This document shows, in pieces, positions 51,133 through 64,000 of a stretch of DNA of 64,000 bases. The DNA is taken from positions 27,962,001 to 28,026,000 of the forward strand of contig NC_087256.1 in assembly GCF_037042905.1 (NCBI RefSeq). The letters are read 5' to 3'. The position numbers and the translations under genes are program-made. Source of the stretch: Lytechinus pictus (Eukaryota). Position 1 is the stretch's first letter; each line of letters opens with the position of its first letter. The notes beneath the pieces are model-generated. The model had not been told where the DNA came from, searched no databases, and saw only the letters and a list, made by a program, of their open reading frames with translations.

Positions 51133-52012
51133 TACGACCCGGAGCCACTTTATCGATGCCACTTTAGTTTTTCGTTTCAACATAAAACTCTGTATGTATT
51201 TATAATAACATCATCATAATAATATTGAAAGTATGAAAATGAGGACCTGGGTGCAATTTATACTGTATATTAATTTTGTATTTCCTTCCTGAGCTCAACA
51301 TCAGCTAAGATCGATTTTTAGTTTGGTGCTTTTCAAACGCAATATCTACCCCCTGCCGCATACATTACGTATACCTTGTGCAAATTGCAAGAACTTTTCC
51401 GACAAGTCCTTGTTTACCAGTCTCGATGTCGGTAATCAATCGATGGGTCCATTAAATGAGACGGGTCCATCGATTCTACTCAACTCATGAAGGTCATTTT
51501 CACTAATCAATGGCAGGGATAATTCACTTTAAGAAGATGAATATTACAGCAACCAGGACGGCGGAGCCACTATTCCTCTCATCCAATTTTAAAGACCTCC
51601 TCACTAAATTGAGATGGATAGCTTAATAGTTCGAACTGGTAAAAGCCATCACTTTTCGTCATCCCTTCCTCTTGCTTTACCCCGTTTTCAAGTCCTTCGT
51701 GAAGGTATTCTCTTCCTTCTCATTGCTTATCTTTATATTTTTCAAAAAAAAAAATCACATTTTCCCGCAATAATATCCGACGAATCTGATGAAGGATATT
51801 GATACCATAACAATAATTTTCATGACCTGGAAAAAACAATGTTTTACTTTACCAACTCACACGAGGTAAGTATTCTTTCAAATTGGGCAAGGGCAATATC
51901 GAAAACTATTTTTATGAAGATAAAAAAAAACCACACAACGAGTGATAATTATATGAAAGTTTCTATAACTGTATACCATTTCAATGGCATCCATATCTTA
52001 TTTGTACTTCTG

Positions 52013-52168
52013 GGCTCCGTAACACAATGATTGGTGATCAATCGCTGAATGAACTGACCAATTAAGGTCAGCATTACACGCGCATTTGGCGCAAAATACT
52101 GACCAGGAACCAATCAAAATTGTTCTCTCATATTTGCTATTCATCGCTAATCTTTGTGTTACGGAGCC
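52013..52168. mobile_element. Harbinger-like MITE with CTG TSD
   Basis: GGCTCCGTAACACAA / TTGTGTTACGGAGCC TIRs flanked by CTG on both sides. Confidence 0.75.
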
Positions 52169-55100
52169 CTGGTGGAATTACACTACTTAGGAGGATTTGA
52201 ACATTACAACACGTGCCTCAAAGGACAGAGGGGAAGGATGATGGGGGGGGGGGGGTAATGCTTAAAGAATATTTGCTGGTGATGATGATCATCTATCGTA
52301 GCATGAAAGTGGTCCTGGCGAAAACCAGCCTGCTAATGTTATGTTTATCAAGACATATGTTCGCTCATGTGTCTTTAATTATTGTGTACTTTGAGTTGTG
52401 GATTGTCGGCATAGCTGACGAGTCAAATTCCAGGTTTTTGTAGTAAGGGGGGACTCCACAGGTATTCGTGGCAACGTGAAGGGTACGACGAGATTCCTCG
52501 AGAGGTTCTTAGAGGTGTTTGGGAACGGGAATCTGGGGAGGGCTTCACGAAAGTATTTAGTCTGTTTTCTCCGACAATTATCAAAGTAAAGTCAGACACG
52601 AATGACGACAACGCCTTTCAGCCAATCAAAATCAAGGAAAGTTGTAAGTTGACATCTTGACAATTTGCCAGGCAATTATGAAAGGCTCATCGGGTATAAA
52701 AAACAGAAATACCTGGAATCTGTAAACTAACTCTGCTATATCTATGCGGAACAGTTTTTAAATCATGTTGATTTCAAACAATATAGACATTACGGACCAG
52801 GGGTGTCTTCCTTACTGAATGCAGCTCGGAGAACAATAACAAAACAACAACCAATATTCCAATCATGACTTTCACTGTTTATGCGGAACGCTACCACATA
52901 CGTATTTATGGTTTTCATGGTATACATAATTAAGGCAAAGAAGCGTTTAGTTCTGTGGAAAGAACTACCGGGGATGCAGTGTATAGTAGTGAAATGAGAA
53001 AAACCCAGTCATGACGTGACATTTTCTAAAATATATTATAATAGGTCTACAGGTGATGACCTTTATTCTTTAAAACACTGTGTGAAATTATAAGCACGTT
53101 GAATAAGCCCGTCAATCTAACAATTAATGTTTAAACTTTCAAACAAGTTCGTTGAAAAATTTGAATAAGTTTAAACATTATTTGTTAGAGTTGTGGGCTT
53201 AAATAATGTGCACAAACCCTTTAAACATCGTCTTGACAGGGATAGGCTATGTCTTTTCTTAAATAAGAAATTGAGATTTTTATTTTCTATTTTTTTGTAA
53301 AATGTGCCTTTTTAATGATGGAGGTAAGATAACAAAATCTGATACGTAATCATAGTAGAACACTAAATGCTTGACATTAAATATAGAAGTTTTAAGTCAC
53401 AATATGTTCGATCAATTAATGTGTTTGATAATGCACCACTCCATAAATTTTGCATTTACCATGTTTACAGCAGCTGTTAGGATTATTAGCTCAAAACTAG
53501 GACACATTTTTCCGCAAAGCTGAAAAACAGACTAATCGCTATCTTTTCCTCGTGTGACCTGGCCTATTTTCATCTTTAAGAACCAGAATCCACGAAGAAG
53601 GATGGACAGTGGATAAGAGGTGGAAAATACGTTTAAGTCCCATGTAATCATTACTGTGCGGGGAATTATCTGGAATTCAAAACAACTCGTGCACATTCTC
53701 GTCAACGCAACTGTCTGTCTTTAATCAAATCTATATTATCAGATCGATCCCAAAGCCGCCCGTCTACAAATAGAACCGGTATGTGAGAAGCAAGTGAACC
53801 TACGGTTTGGAAGTTTTCCTGCATGCTCGGAACAATAACTTTACCACATTTCTCCATCATAAAAACCCTGATTTTACGTGGTCCTCTTTTTTGGTGATAT
53901 ATCTTGTTCTGTCTTCGATTAATGCCTTTAGTTTCGGCATTTTGTAGATGCATAATATCAAATAGTGCATTTCTGCCAAGAGGCAAGGGAATCGCCAGAA
54001 TACAGCTCACCTGGCCATTTCTAAACTTTTCTTTTGCTAGGTTGATGACAAAATGCATTGTGTTTTTCCTTGTAAAGATATTTTATCGTCAGTCCTTTAT
54101 GTTATCATATCGGCATATGCTTTGTTCTGCCTTAACGTTCAATGTTATGTCAGCAGCTTCGGTATTGAAATACTTTGGCAAATCGTTCGAATACAACTCT
54201 CCAGGGCCAAGATCCATATTTTTCTAATGTGATAATGGAATTGGGATATGTATGAAATAATTATCTATTTATCCATTCATCATTCCTTCTGATTATTAAG
54301 TCTTGATCAAATATCAAGGGCGTATCCTAGCACTGTCTTATTAAGAAAAGTGTTGATTTTCGACGAGTGAATGAACGTCCTGATTTAGAAAGAGGACATC
54401 GGTCACATTGCCAACATTTTCCTGGGGGTGCTGCGTGTGTAATTAACCAGAGAAAGCCCCCCCCCCCCGGACATCCGGTAGGTAGGCCTATGTTAAAAAA
54501 GTAGAAATTTAACCAAAATCACATTCATGTATATGGTGAAAACCTTTTTTCCCCTAAAAAGTACTCCCTATTAATTACCTCTTAATGTTGTACACTTATA
54601 ATTCATACTTTGTTTCTTTCTAAATTTATGATATTGTACTTGTTTTATTTACGTTCTCTTTAAATTGTAAAGCGGTTAGAATCTGTATTGTATTAAGCGC
54701 TATATAAAAACTACATATTATTATTAAAAACTCGTTCCCAGGGACCTGATTGGGATCACGGATTTCAACCATTAAATCATATTGCTCATGGATTACCACT
54801 GGCTTTTGTCTTAGTCCTGTAAATCCACAGAATTGTAAGATATTTAAGAAAGGGGGGTTTTACATAAATTGTTCGTAAAGTTATGAACAACTTCTCGATC
54901 GACCTCAAGATGACAAGGCATTTCGGTGGTCAGTGATCTCTCTTTTACAGATTTTGATAAGATGGCAACGTTTGTATTGATTGTGTAGTTTCAATCAAAA
55001 TATAAATCATTTTATTGATAATGAAAGATATACATTGTTAAATAGTCTGGGAAAACTTCCTTACATTTTGATTCGAATTTCATGCACCGGAAAAAAAAGA

Positions 55101-56524
55101 CAACTGGTGTAGCCTAAATTGATGGCTACACCAGTCATTTTACTCTGGTGAAAAATGTAGTGTTAAGTAAAAAACTACGGGATGGTGTTATTATGACACC
55201 TTTGGTTGTTACTCTGTGTTACGTTCAATCTCGATAGAGTGCAATTTAATCACGTCAGGATGATGTTTTGTTTAAGGACACCAAGCGGTGTCCATTTTAA
55301 CACCCGAATTTTACGGTCTAGCACCAGGAATATAAAGCTTTGTGAAACACCCCCTTGTTCATTGTTAGTTCGACACACATGGGTGTAATTACAACACCTT
55401 TGGTTGCTACTTTAACACTTTTTGGTGTTACGTTCAAACTCTATAGGGTGTAATTTTAACACCTCGGGATGAATGATGTCCTCTTTAAGGACACCAAGCG
55501 GTGTCGGTTATTACCCCCCCCCCCCCCAGTTACAGTGCTTAGAGTGTGTCTCCGAGAACGGATTTGTGAAACACCCCCTTGTTCCACGCCATCAGGTAAA
55601 GACATTTCTCTTGGGTTTCTCGTGTAACATGTGTGGTTCATCAACATCATCTCATTAGCTAGTGTAATTGGGCGATGAAAGATATTGATTGGTGCAATAC
55701 CACGAATGTTAGAGGAAAGGTCACCTATGAAATCGACCCCAATATAATTCCCATCAGAGGAATGATTTAAGGGTCATTTTCAAACTAAACCTTAGGTAAC
55801 ACTCTTGTTTCGATCACCCTTTTCTCCCTGTATATCTGCCAATATTTATTTGATGATGATGATGACCCACAGTATTTATATTGCGCCATATATCTGTTAA
55901 AAACATTCATAGGCGCAGGCTCATCCAATAAGTTAATTACTACACATGCATCTGCTGAAATAAGTGAGTTTTGAGGGACGTTTTACAGAGTTCTATGCTG
56001 TCAATTTTACGAAGTGAAGTATTTATTTCCAAAGGGCTTCAAATCAACTTTGTTACATAAGAGATGAGATAAATGTACTGAAATTGTACGGTTCTTTTTA
56101 TCAAAGAGGGGTTTGATTTCTAGGATTTCTCCTAAAATATGAATTACTTACTTTTCTGAAAGACAGGTGCCTCATCGCACCCCGGCGGGTCGGGGGGGGG
56201 GGGACAGCCGGCCCGTACCCCCTCCCCTTGAGAGCTATAATCAAAATTTATAATGTAGATATACCGTTTTACGCTAGTGTGCCCCCCCCCCCTTTGAAAA
56301 TGACCTTTTTTTTTGCTTGTCAAATTTTCATCGGGTAAATGTGCCACCCCCTTTGGAAAATCTTGGATCCGCCCCTGCCTCATTGAATAGTATCCTAATG
56401 TTCCGAGCAAAACAGGGTTACGACTAATTCCATGAAAAGTGGATTGAGTATCAAAGTTTGGAGATGTTCTGCTGATATACTTTGATTTTAAAAAAAGGGG
56501 GACAAACATCAGAAGGTGTTCTAG

Positions 56525-57240
56525 CAACTAAAGTTGATTTCAATATCGGTTTTAATGGTGATTATTAAATCAAAATTTTCTCATCTTCATAAGATAAAAC
56601 TAGTACGACATGGAAATAAAGAAATGTGAAAATACTTATACCAAAGTGGATAAGAGAGAACAAATTATGTTATTAAGATGCATCCTAACAACTAAAATCG
56701 AGTTTTATATCGGTTTTAATGTTAATAGATAAATCCAAATTTTCTCATCTTCATAAGATATGAAATGAGTACGGCATGGAAACAAAGAAAATCATGTGGA
56801 AATACCTATACCTAAGTGCATAAGAGATGGTGGACGCTGTTATCAGGAGCTATTTTAGCAATAAAAATTGATTTCAATATCGATTTTATATTAATTATCC
56901 TCTGTTCATAAGATATTAAACTAGTATAATATTGAAATAAAGAAACATGAACAATACCGATATCAAAGTGCATTTAAAAGAGAATGGAGGCTGATATCGG
57001 CTTTAATGTTGATGATTGATATTCCAATTATCTTATATTCATAGGATATGAAACCAGTGCGATATAGAATAAAAGAAATATGAAAAATACCCATACCTAA
57101 GTATATAAGAAATAACAAACGATCTATGTAGATGTGTTTCATTGACTAAAATCGAAATTTAATATTAATTAAGATTGCTTACTAGTATTAAGATCCGACT
57201 AGTTTATTTTCATGAGATATGAAACGGGTACGATATGGCC
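56525..57240 (+). repeat. Degenerate tandem repeat, about 4-5 copies of ~150-180 bp
   Basis: Recurrent ATATCGGTTTTAATG...TTCATAAGATA...GGAAATAAAGAAA...AATACCTATACCTAAGTG blocks. Confidence 0.75.
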
Positions 57241-58219
57241 ATAAAGACGCCATGTAGTTCGAGAAACAATAACAGTGCAGCTAATTCAACTATACCACGT
57301 CACATGACAACTATAGCAAATACTATCCACCAAAGGAGGGCATCCACATAATACTGTGAACTGTGGCATGAATGAATTTATACTTCATCACTTGCCTTAA
57401 ATCTAGGTATGCAATACATCTTCAAGTTTTATACTGTCGAAGGGTATGATACAGCTATACAGAATCGGGAGCGCCGTGCTTGTTTTGAAACTCTGGCGGA
57501 TTTAGCCGTAATCCGTACGCGCCTTAAACCGGCTCTTAAATCGGCACCTCCACGTGGTTGCCATAACTTGGACATTTATAGCAGCAGCTGACATCGAATC
57601 GCTGGCGGGGAGTGGGTCTCTCTCATCAGATGAAGATGGTTAGTCCATCCTTACAGAACAACTAGGCGCTGGCAGATGTCTTGAAGTACGTGGATCTATC
57701 AACGACTCAAAAGTCGCTAATCTATCCCTACCTCATCCCGCGCGTAGGGGAGCGAATAGGAAAAACAGGGTCGGTACGACACGGGGAGAGGGCAACGATT
57801 CTCTATGATTTATTTAAATCAAGTAATAGGGACAAAAGCGCAGAGGAGAAGCGGAAAGTGGGAGGATAAAGAGAGAAGTTATAAACCGTGTGCTAGGGAA
57901 TAAATATCATAACATCCCTATTCGTTTCGTTGAGAAAAAAAATTATGCTAACTATAGGTTACCCCCCCCCCCCCCGGCCAAATGCCCTTGCGCTGTTTTA
58001 GGAAGTTATGTTATTATACTTGTGAACAACCATTGTTTTTATATTGCAAAATCAAATGGGTTCTATTTATTGTTTGGTATGTAAGAGGGTCAAATACCTC
58101 AACGGCAGACTATTTTGATAGTTATCAATTCAAGGTAAGCTTGTAAGAGTTTTATTTTTCTTCTACAACTTTCACTGTCATTGGCCTTGTTAGGTATAAA
58201 AATAAAAACAATAACAATA

Positions 58220-58496
58220 TAATAATAATAAAATAATAATATGCAATATTCATATAGCGCTTAATACAGAGTTTCTAAAGCGCTTGCATATAGTATTACC
58301 CCGGCTTTAGCACGCGCGGCTACCTGATTGGACGCTCGAGCATTCAAGAAATATTTCCTTCCGGTACTATACACCAGGGTGGAGAATGGCAATGTAGATA
58401 AACGCCTTGCCCAAGGACGCGAGTGCTGCGGTGGGATTCGAACCCCAGACTTTGTGGTTCAAAGTCATGAGACTTATCCACTGAGCCACAACACCT
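58220..58496 (-). mobile_element. tRNA-derived SINE with LINE-like tail
   Basis: GTGGCTCAGTGG A box, GGTTCGAATCC B box, GTCCTTGGGCAAGGC core and AAGCGCT...TAAGCGCTATAT...(TAT)n tail. A similar tail occurs at about 54667-54726 and 63881-63963. Confidence 0.8.
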
Positions 58497-60584
58497 ATTA
58501 TGTTGAACCCCTTAGTTAAACAGCTTTCATCTGAAATGGATGTTCCACCAATTTTGTAATATGATAAATAAAATACACGAGTTTACTGGGCTCATCAGTG
58601 TCACCAGGAAAAACATTTAAAGGTATTATTTTTTGTACTTTCGTAAAAAAAAAACCAACAACAACAAAATCACCCTGCTTAATGAAACAAGTAGTTCATG
58701 AAGCGACATATACGACCTTACGATCGAATGGAAGCCCCAAAGTCTGAGCCTAAGTATGAACTGTAAGGCCTCCCATAACCTCATATTTTCATCAAAATAA
58801 AATGTGTGGTAGTAATTGCATTGATACCATTCAAAAGTATGTCGAATGTACATTCCTTTCAACTTTGGCAGACGCAGAAACAATATATATTATCAAGCAT
58901 TAGGTCTATGGCTTCAGCGCTCCACGGGCATTCAAACAGAGTTATCTCAAATATACAAAAAGAGGGCGCACTAGTATTTACAACTTTGTTCACCGTTGAT
59001 CATGCCGATAACTCTTAACCAATCTTATAGGTTACACATGTACATGCACCCCAGCCTACTCCCTTGAAAATTATCTAATAAAATTAGTGTTCAATGTTTT
59101 CGTATTTAGTTAATGAGTGATGACTTCTGCAGCTGTTGAATGATTTCTCGAACGTTATGAAACAAAATTGCCTTCCTGATCTCTAACAGTATGGTTAACG
59201 TTTTACAGAGCATACAACAAAATGATGAATATTACTAGTAGTCTGCTAAACTTAAGTAAGGGAAATATTTAAAATAAAATACATTTAACTATATCGATGT
59301 CATAGTTTTCATATTTGATTCTCGATGTCTCCGCGGAATGCGAATTTGATTATGCAGTGGACTAGTGGGAATCTACACCCAATGTTCTTCATTGGCAAAT
59401 ACAAAAAGCGCCCCCATGTGTTGCTCAATGCAAAAAAGGATAATGCTTTATTACTATTCTTTTGATTTGATCTTTTTTAGATTTAACATAATGAAAATTG
59501 CAAATATTCGATCAGAAAAATACCATTTCAATGCGACGTAAGAAATAATTATTTGACAAAACATGATAAGAAAACGATTCCTTCTTCCTACAACTACTTG
59601 TGAATTTCTATAGTCACCCCCTCTCTCCCCCTCTCTAATCTTTTTTCTTCCAATAGGAAAAATTAGACTTGGTATAGCAAAGACATGGGTAATCCTGTAA
59701 TTGGAAATGGTATTAAGGAATTACATCACCGTTTTTTTCTAGGATGTAATTATGATAATATTAATTTTGTGAATGACAACTTATTACTTGGTGCAACGTA
59801 AAGAAAAAAAAAGTTAGAGAGGCAAACATACAGGAAAATACAAATGTATTATGAGGGAACGGGTGAAAGAATAAAGAAAGAAAGAGAGGGGATGGGTATG
59901 ATAAAGGAAAATAGAAATAATACATTTTTGCAGTCAATTATCTGATATGGTTATCGTGATTTTAATGCCTACTAAAGCTTCATTTCCGCATAGCAATTTT
60001 TAATTATAATATAATTATATGATATTTTATTGCTCTCTCTCATAACTTTGGCTTTGCTAAATGTAATCAAAACGGAACAAAATGCGTGCCATTCAACTGA
60101 AAGCATAATCATGATGAATAACTCAATCTGTATTTTGAAATAATCACTCCTTTCCATCGACGGGAGAAATATAAGATCGATTGATGAATGTACTTCGAAC
60201 TGGAATCCTCTCTCATTTCGACCAATCTTTTAGGAGATAAATCTTGATTGAAACTAAAACAAGCGATGGCCGCTCTAATCAACAAGGATACACCGTCCTT
60301 AAATAAATGAAAGGCATTTTAGAACTGATGAGTAATGGCATGCGAAAGGACGATCTTTAATCCATCAAGTAAATAGCTCTACACTCCGCTGAGGGAGTAT
60401 CAAATACTACCCATATATTTTCATATAAAGATGAACGGATTTGCTGGAAGAAAGGCGTAATTCCAATCCATCAGAAAGTGGGTGAACAGACAGGGTCAAC
60501 AGAGGACATAGGATCATATAGAGCCCCATATTTGGCATTGTATGGTCAAAAGTCACAGATATTATTGGAATCAGCATTGTAATT

Positions 60585-60725
60585 GTTTGTTGTTGTTGTT
60601 CATAGTTATCTTGACATGTATTTTAAACTGCAGGGCGCCTTTGTAAAGCAGTTTTAAGAACTGAACAGGCCTACCCTGCAGTATAAAATAAATAAAACAA
60701 AATAAATAAATAAATAAATAAATAA
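60585..60725 (+). mobile_element. Short 3'-terminal copy of the same LINE family as 45205-45700
   Basis: Near-identical to the reverse complement of about 45210-45350, including the stem-loop and (AAAT)n tail. Confidence 0.8.
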
Positions 60726-63700
60726 TTATTATATTATTATTATTACTATTATCACTCTAACTATTCCTGTAATTATTCAAATTAGTGTATTTATTCCTTA
60801 TTTATAAATTCATTCATAGGTGATTGTGGCGCTTCATAGAACATTGAAATTGAAACTTTATTAACCACAATCTTCATAAAAAAAGTTTCAACTTCATGAA
60901 GATTGTGGTAATTGGAATATCTATCAAATAACTAAAACGAAAATAAGATGGCTCATCGACAATATTTTTTTTTAGATTAGAATTTCTTTTAAATGCCCAT
61001 ATGATAAAGTACCTATTCAAATTTGGGTATTGTCTTTAGAACTTTCGTGAACTCAGCTCACGATTTATTTCAATATAATGAATATATTTCTAAAAGAGAA
61101 CCTTCGTCACAAGCGTAATAATTGTATCGGCATTTTCGTTGTCAAGCTAAAGTGTCTTTCACAATATCAAAAGTATGAAAAATGTAACATACTACGGTTT
61201 ACTCTTTTCATCTTCAGAAATATTTGGGTTGGGACAAATTGAAACTCCTAAGATTTCTACTCGGCAAAATGAAAAGATGTTTCGATTTTTTTTTCTGTCA
61301 TGGTGCCTATTTTTAGTTACATTGCTATATAGATTGCGTATGATCAATCTGCCGCCAAGTAGGATATGGGATGTACCATAAAAGAACATAATTGTTTTAC
61401 ATGCTCCGGGGAGCATTCCATGAAACAAAAAGTCAGTGATTTTCACTTACATCTGTTACAAGCTACAGAAATCCTTGCATCTGATTGGCTGTAAACAAGT
61501 TTAGTCAGTAACTAATTATTTGCTTCATGAAACCCTCGTATGGTCTCTGATAACGTGTGATTAATATTTACTATATAATAGAAATACTATACCATGTTTA
61601 AGAAAAGAATGTTACTCAACGTGGAGTATAGAATAACCCGGGTCTTGACGAAAGCAATATGGGTGTACCATAGAGCTATTACAGAGCTCTATGGGTGTAC
61701 TGAGGGAAATGTGGTATCTCCCGAAAAGTAACACCAGTCAATAGTATTATTATTACCTACAACTGTATAATGTACAGGCCTAATGTATCTGGACATTGTG
61801 CACTGTTTCCATTTAGTATATTATATTTTTCTTCTAATTGTAATGCGAACATTGTATCTATTATGGCTCCGGAATATAGTTGCAAAATAATGTAACGAGA
61901 ATACACTGCAGCCCTTCTTCAACATCATCAATTACCTTAGATTTTTTAAAAATGTCTGCGCTCTAAAAGAAGAAGAATGATTGATGTAACTGGGCAGGAT
62001 TAAAATCCCTCCCTAGTCATGCTCATTTCTGTTTGGGAAGATTATCCAGCAATAAATCAAATACCAATTTGAAGTCACAAAATTGCTGCAATCGTAGAAG
62101 TATTCATAAAACATACACGAAACCGTGAGAAGGTCTATGAAATATTGATAAGACAAGACAATGAGTGGTGTCGGATTGCGATGTCTAATTTTCATTTCCA
62201 ATGAAGAGTGGAACGAAGGTGTGAACAAGACTGAGAGATAGCTCTTAGACAAATTACACAATAAAAACGCTGTTTGAATAAATTTTTATACAACTATAAA
62301 GAGCCTTGCATAATTATGTACCTTAAACCTCAAATAACAAAATTCAACGTTTAATACCTAATTCTCAATAAATTATACTTCAGTGTAGAGAATACTTTAT
62401 CATTCGTTATGTCTATTGTTTTCTTTTCCCGGCAGATCTGCATAATGAAATTGAAGATATTAATATTTCAAGACTGAAAATTACATCTGAATACAGTGAC
62501 TGGTTTTTATTTATTGTATATAAAAGAGCCAATTTGCATACATGCGTACCGATTCTTTTTAATACGTATTATAGAAAACCTTACAACGTTAGACCTTTCG
62601 ATATACATCTACAAGATTTATTTAGCTTTTGCCACAAAGAATTACCAAAACGTCAATAAAGATGGTTTTTGCCAAGATTAATCAACCAAAGTCTGTTTTT
62701 CAATTTCTATGAATTTGCAATAACATTTTACCTTTACTATTATTCACATGAAAAAAAAATGGATCGCACGTTGCCAATATCATTGTATCAATTTGACAAT
62801 ATTGACATTTTGCGGTTTTGGGAGACTTCACTTTCTAAGCGCCTATTTCAGCTCTTAAAATGAGAACGCAAGGAGACAATCGAAAATTCTTTTTTTCATT
62901 TCGAAAGCTGGATAGCGGCATAGAAGCAATTGAAGTTATAAAGAACAAGACAACGAGGAGGTCCATTTGATTAAACAATTGCCACAAAATGATCTCTCCA
63001 GAATGTAAATTTACCTTGATTGTTTTTGTTGAAGACTTAAGGTGTGTTAAGAGCAATATTACGAAGGACGTCGCCCGGGGCTAAAAATTGAATCAATAAT
63101 TTTTCCCGCCATTCTACATGCATGCTACAGACTGTAGAGAATGAATTTGGACAAAGTCTATGAACTTATTTAAGAGGGGACTCCCTGATGGATTATTTGG
63201 GCTAGATAGGCATTGCTAAGTAAGTTATAACCATAATACTCTTATATTGGTTTCTCACTTTTTTAGTTATCTTTTTTTTTGCGTTTTTTCTTTTCTCTCT
63301 TTTTTTCACTGCTTCCTTCCTACTATCTTAACCACCCTCTTTGTAGCCTGTATATCAATCCCTTTCAATTTTTCTTTTTTGATTTGTTCTTTAAATGAAG
63401 TTTTTAAATACCCCATCCCCTTCTCTACACAGTAAAAAAAATATACAACGCTGTTTACTATATGAACCTTACAGTAATTGTTTAAACAGTTTAAACAACT
63501 AAACAACTGAACAGTTTACAACTGTTTAAATCTTAAGTAACAAAGTTTAATTTTTAATATCTAATTTTCAATAAATTAAACATGATTGTTTAAACGGTTA
63601 AACAAATACTGTAAGGTTCATATAGTAAACAGCGTTGTATAAAATCTTAAACAGCGTTTTTACTGTGTATTATTACAGCCCTATCATCGCATCTTCTCCA

Positions 63701-64000
63701 GGAAATCCCAGTGCCAAAAAATAATAGTTTAATCTTTTCTGTAATTATTTATTTATTTGAGAACTCCTTTAACAATTAGTGATTCAATTCAAGTGACTCC
63801 TTATAGAGTAAATGTTTTGAAAGAACTCAAAGGAGAGTGATTTGATTAAAATCACTGAAATGACTGATTGAATCCGATGACCGGGGTAATATCTGTAAAG
63901 CGCTTATAGACACGTCGTTCCGATGTATTAAGCGCTATATAAAAGCGGATTATTATCATTATTTTTAAAATTCAGAAAAAAATAATTGCATATTAACGTG

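Noticed and set aside
53702-63056. Possible coding remnants at 53.7-54.2, 57.4-57.9, 58.6-59.0 and 62.0-63.1 kb
   Set aside because: There are no recognisable motifs or consistent splice structure, so they cannot be supported without a search.

Overview
AT-rich, repeat-dense eukaryotic DNA, most likely a sea urchin (inferred from the echinoid-type TLR TIR domain and the repeat landscape). Two tandem paralogous two-pore-domain K+ channel (K2P) genes lie on the minus strand. Gene B is complete: exons 48143-47567 and 26103-25400, 426 aa, with a 21.5-kb intron. Gene A is partial: exons 6418-6132 and 5217-5021, with the remaining exon(s) not found and probably left of the window. Two genes with intronless coding sequences are interleaved on the plus strand. 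A Toll-like receptor (11920-14595) sits between the channel genes, and a tandem-BTB KCTD-like gene (32206-33237) is nested in the gene B intron. Both carry a similar NF-kB-like motif upstream. The rest is mobile and repetitive DNA. This includes a 4.1-kb near-perfect foldback element and a MITE that share TATG...CATA ends and 6-bp target-site duplications (TSDs), two copies of an apparently 7SL(Alu-like)-headed SINE, tRNA-headed SINEs, truncated LINEs, many MITEs, a 61-bp minisatellite and a 572-bp tandem duplication. All family assignments come from motif recognition by eye; no searches were run.
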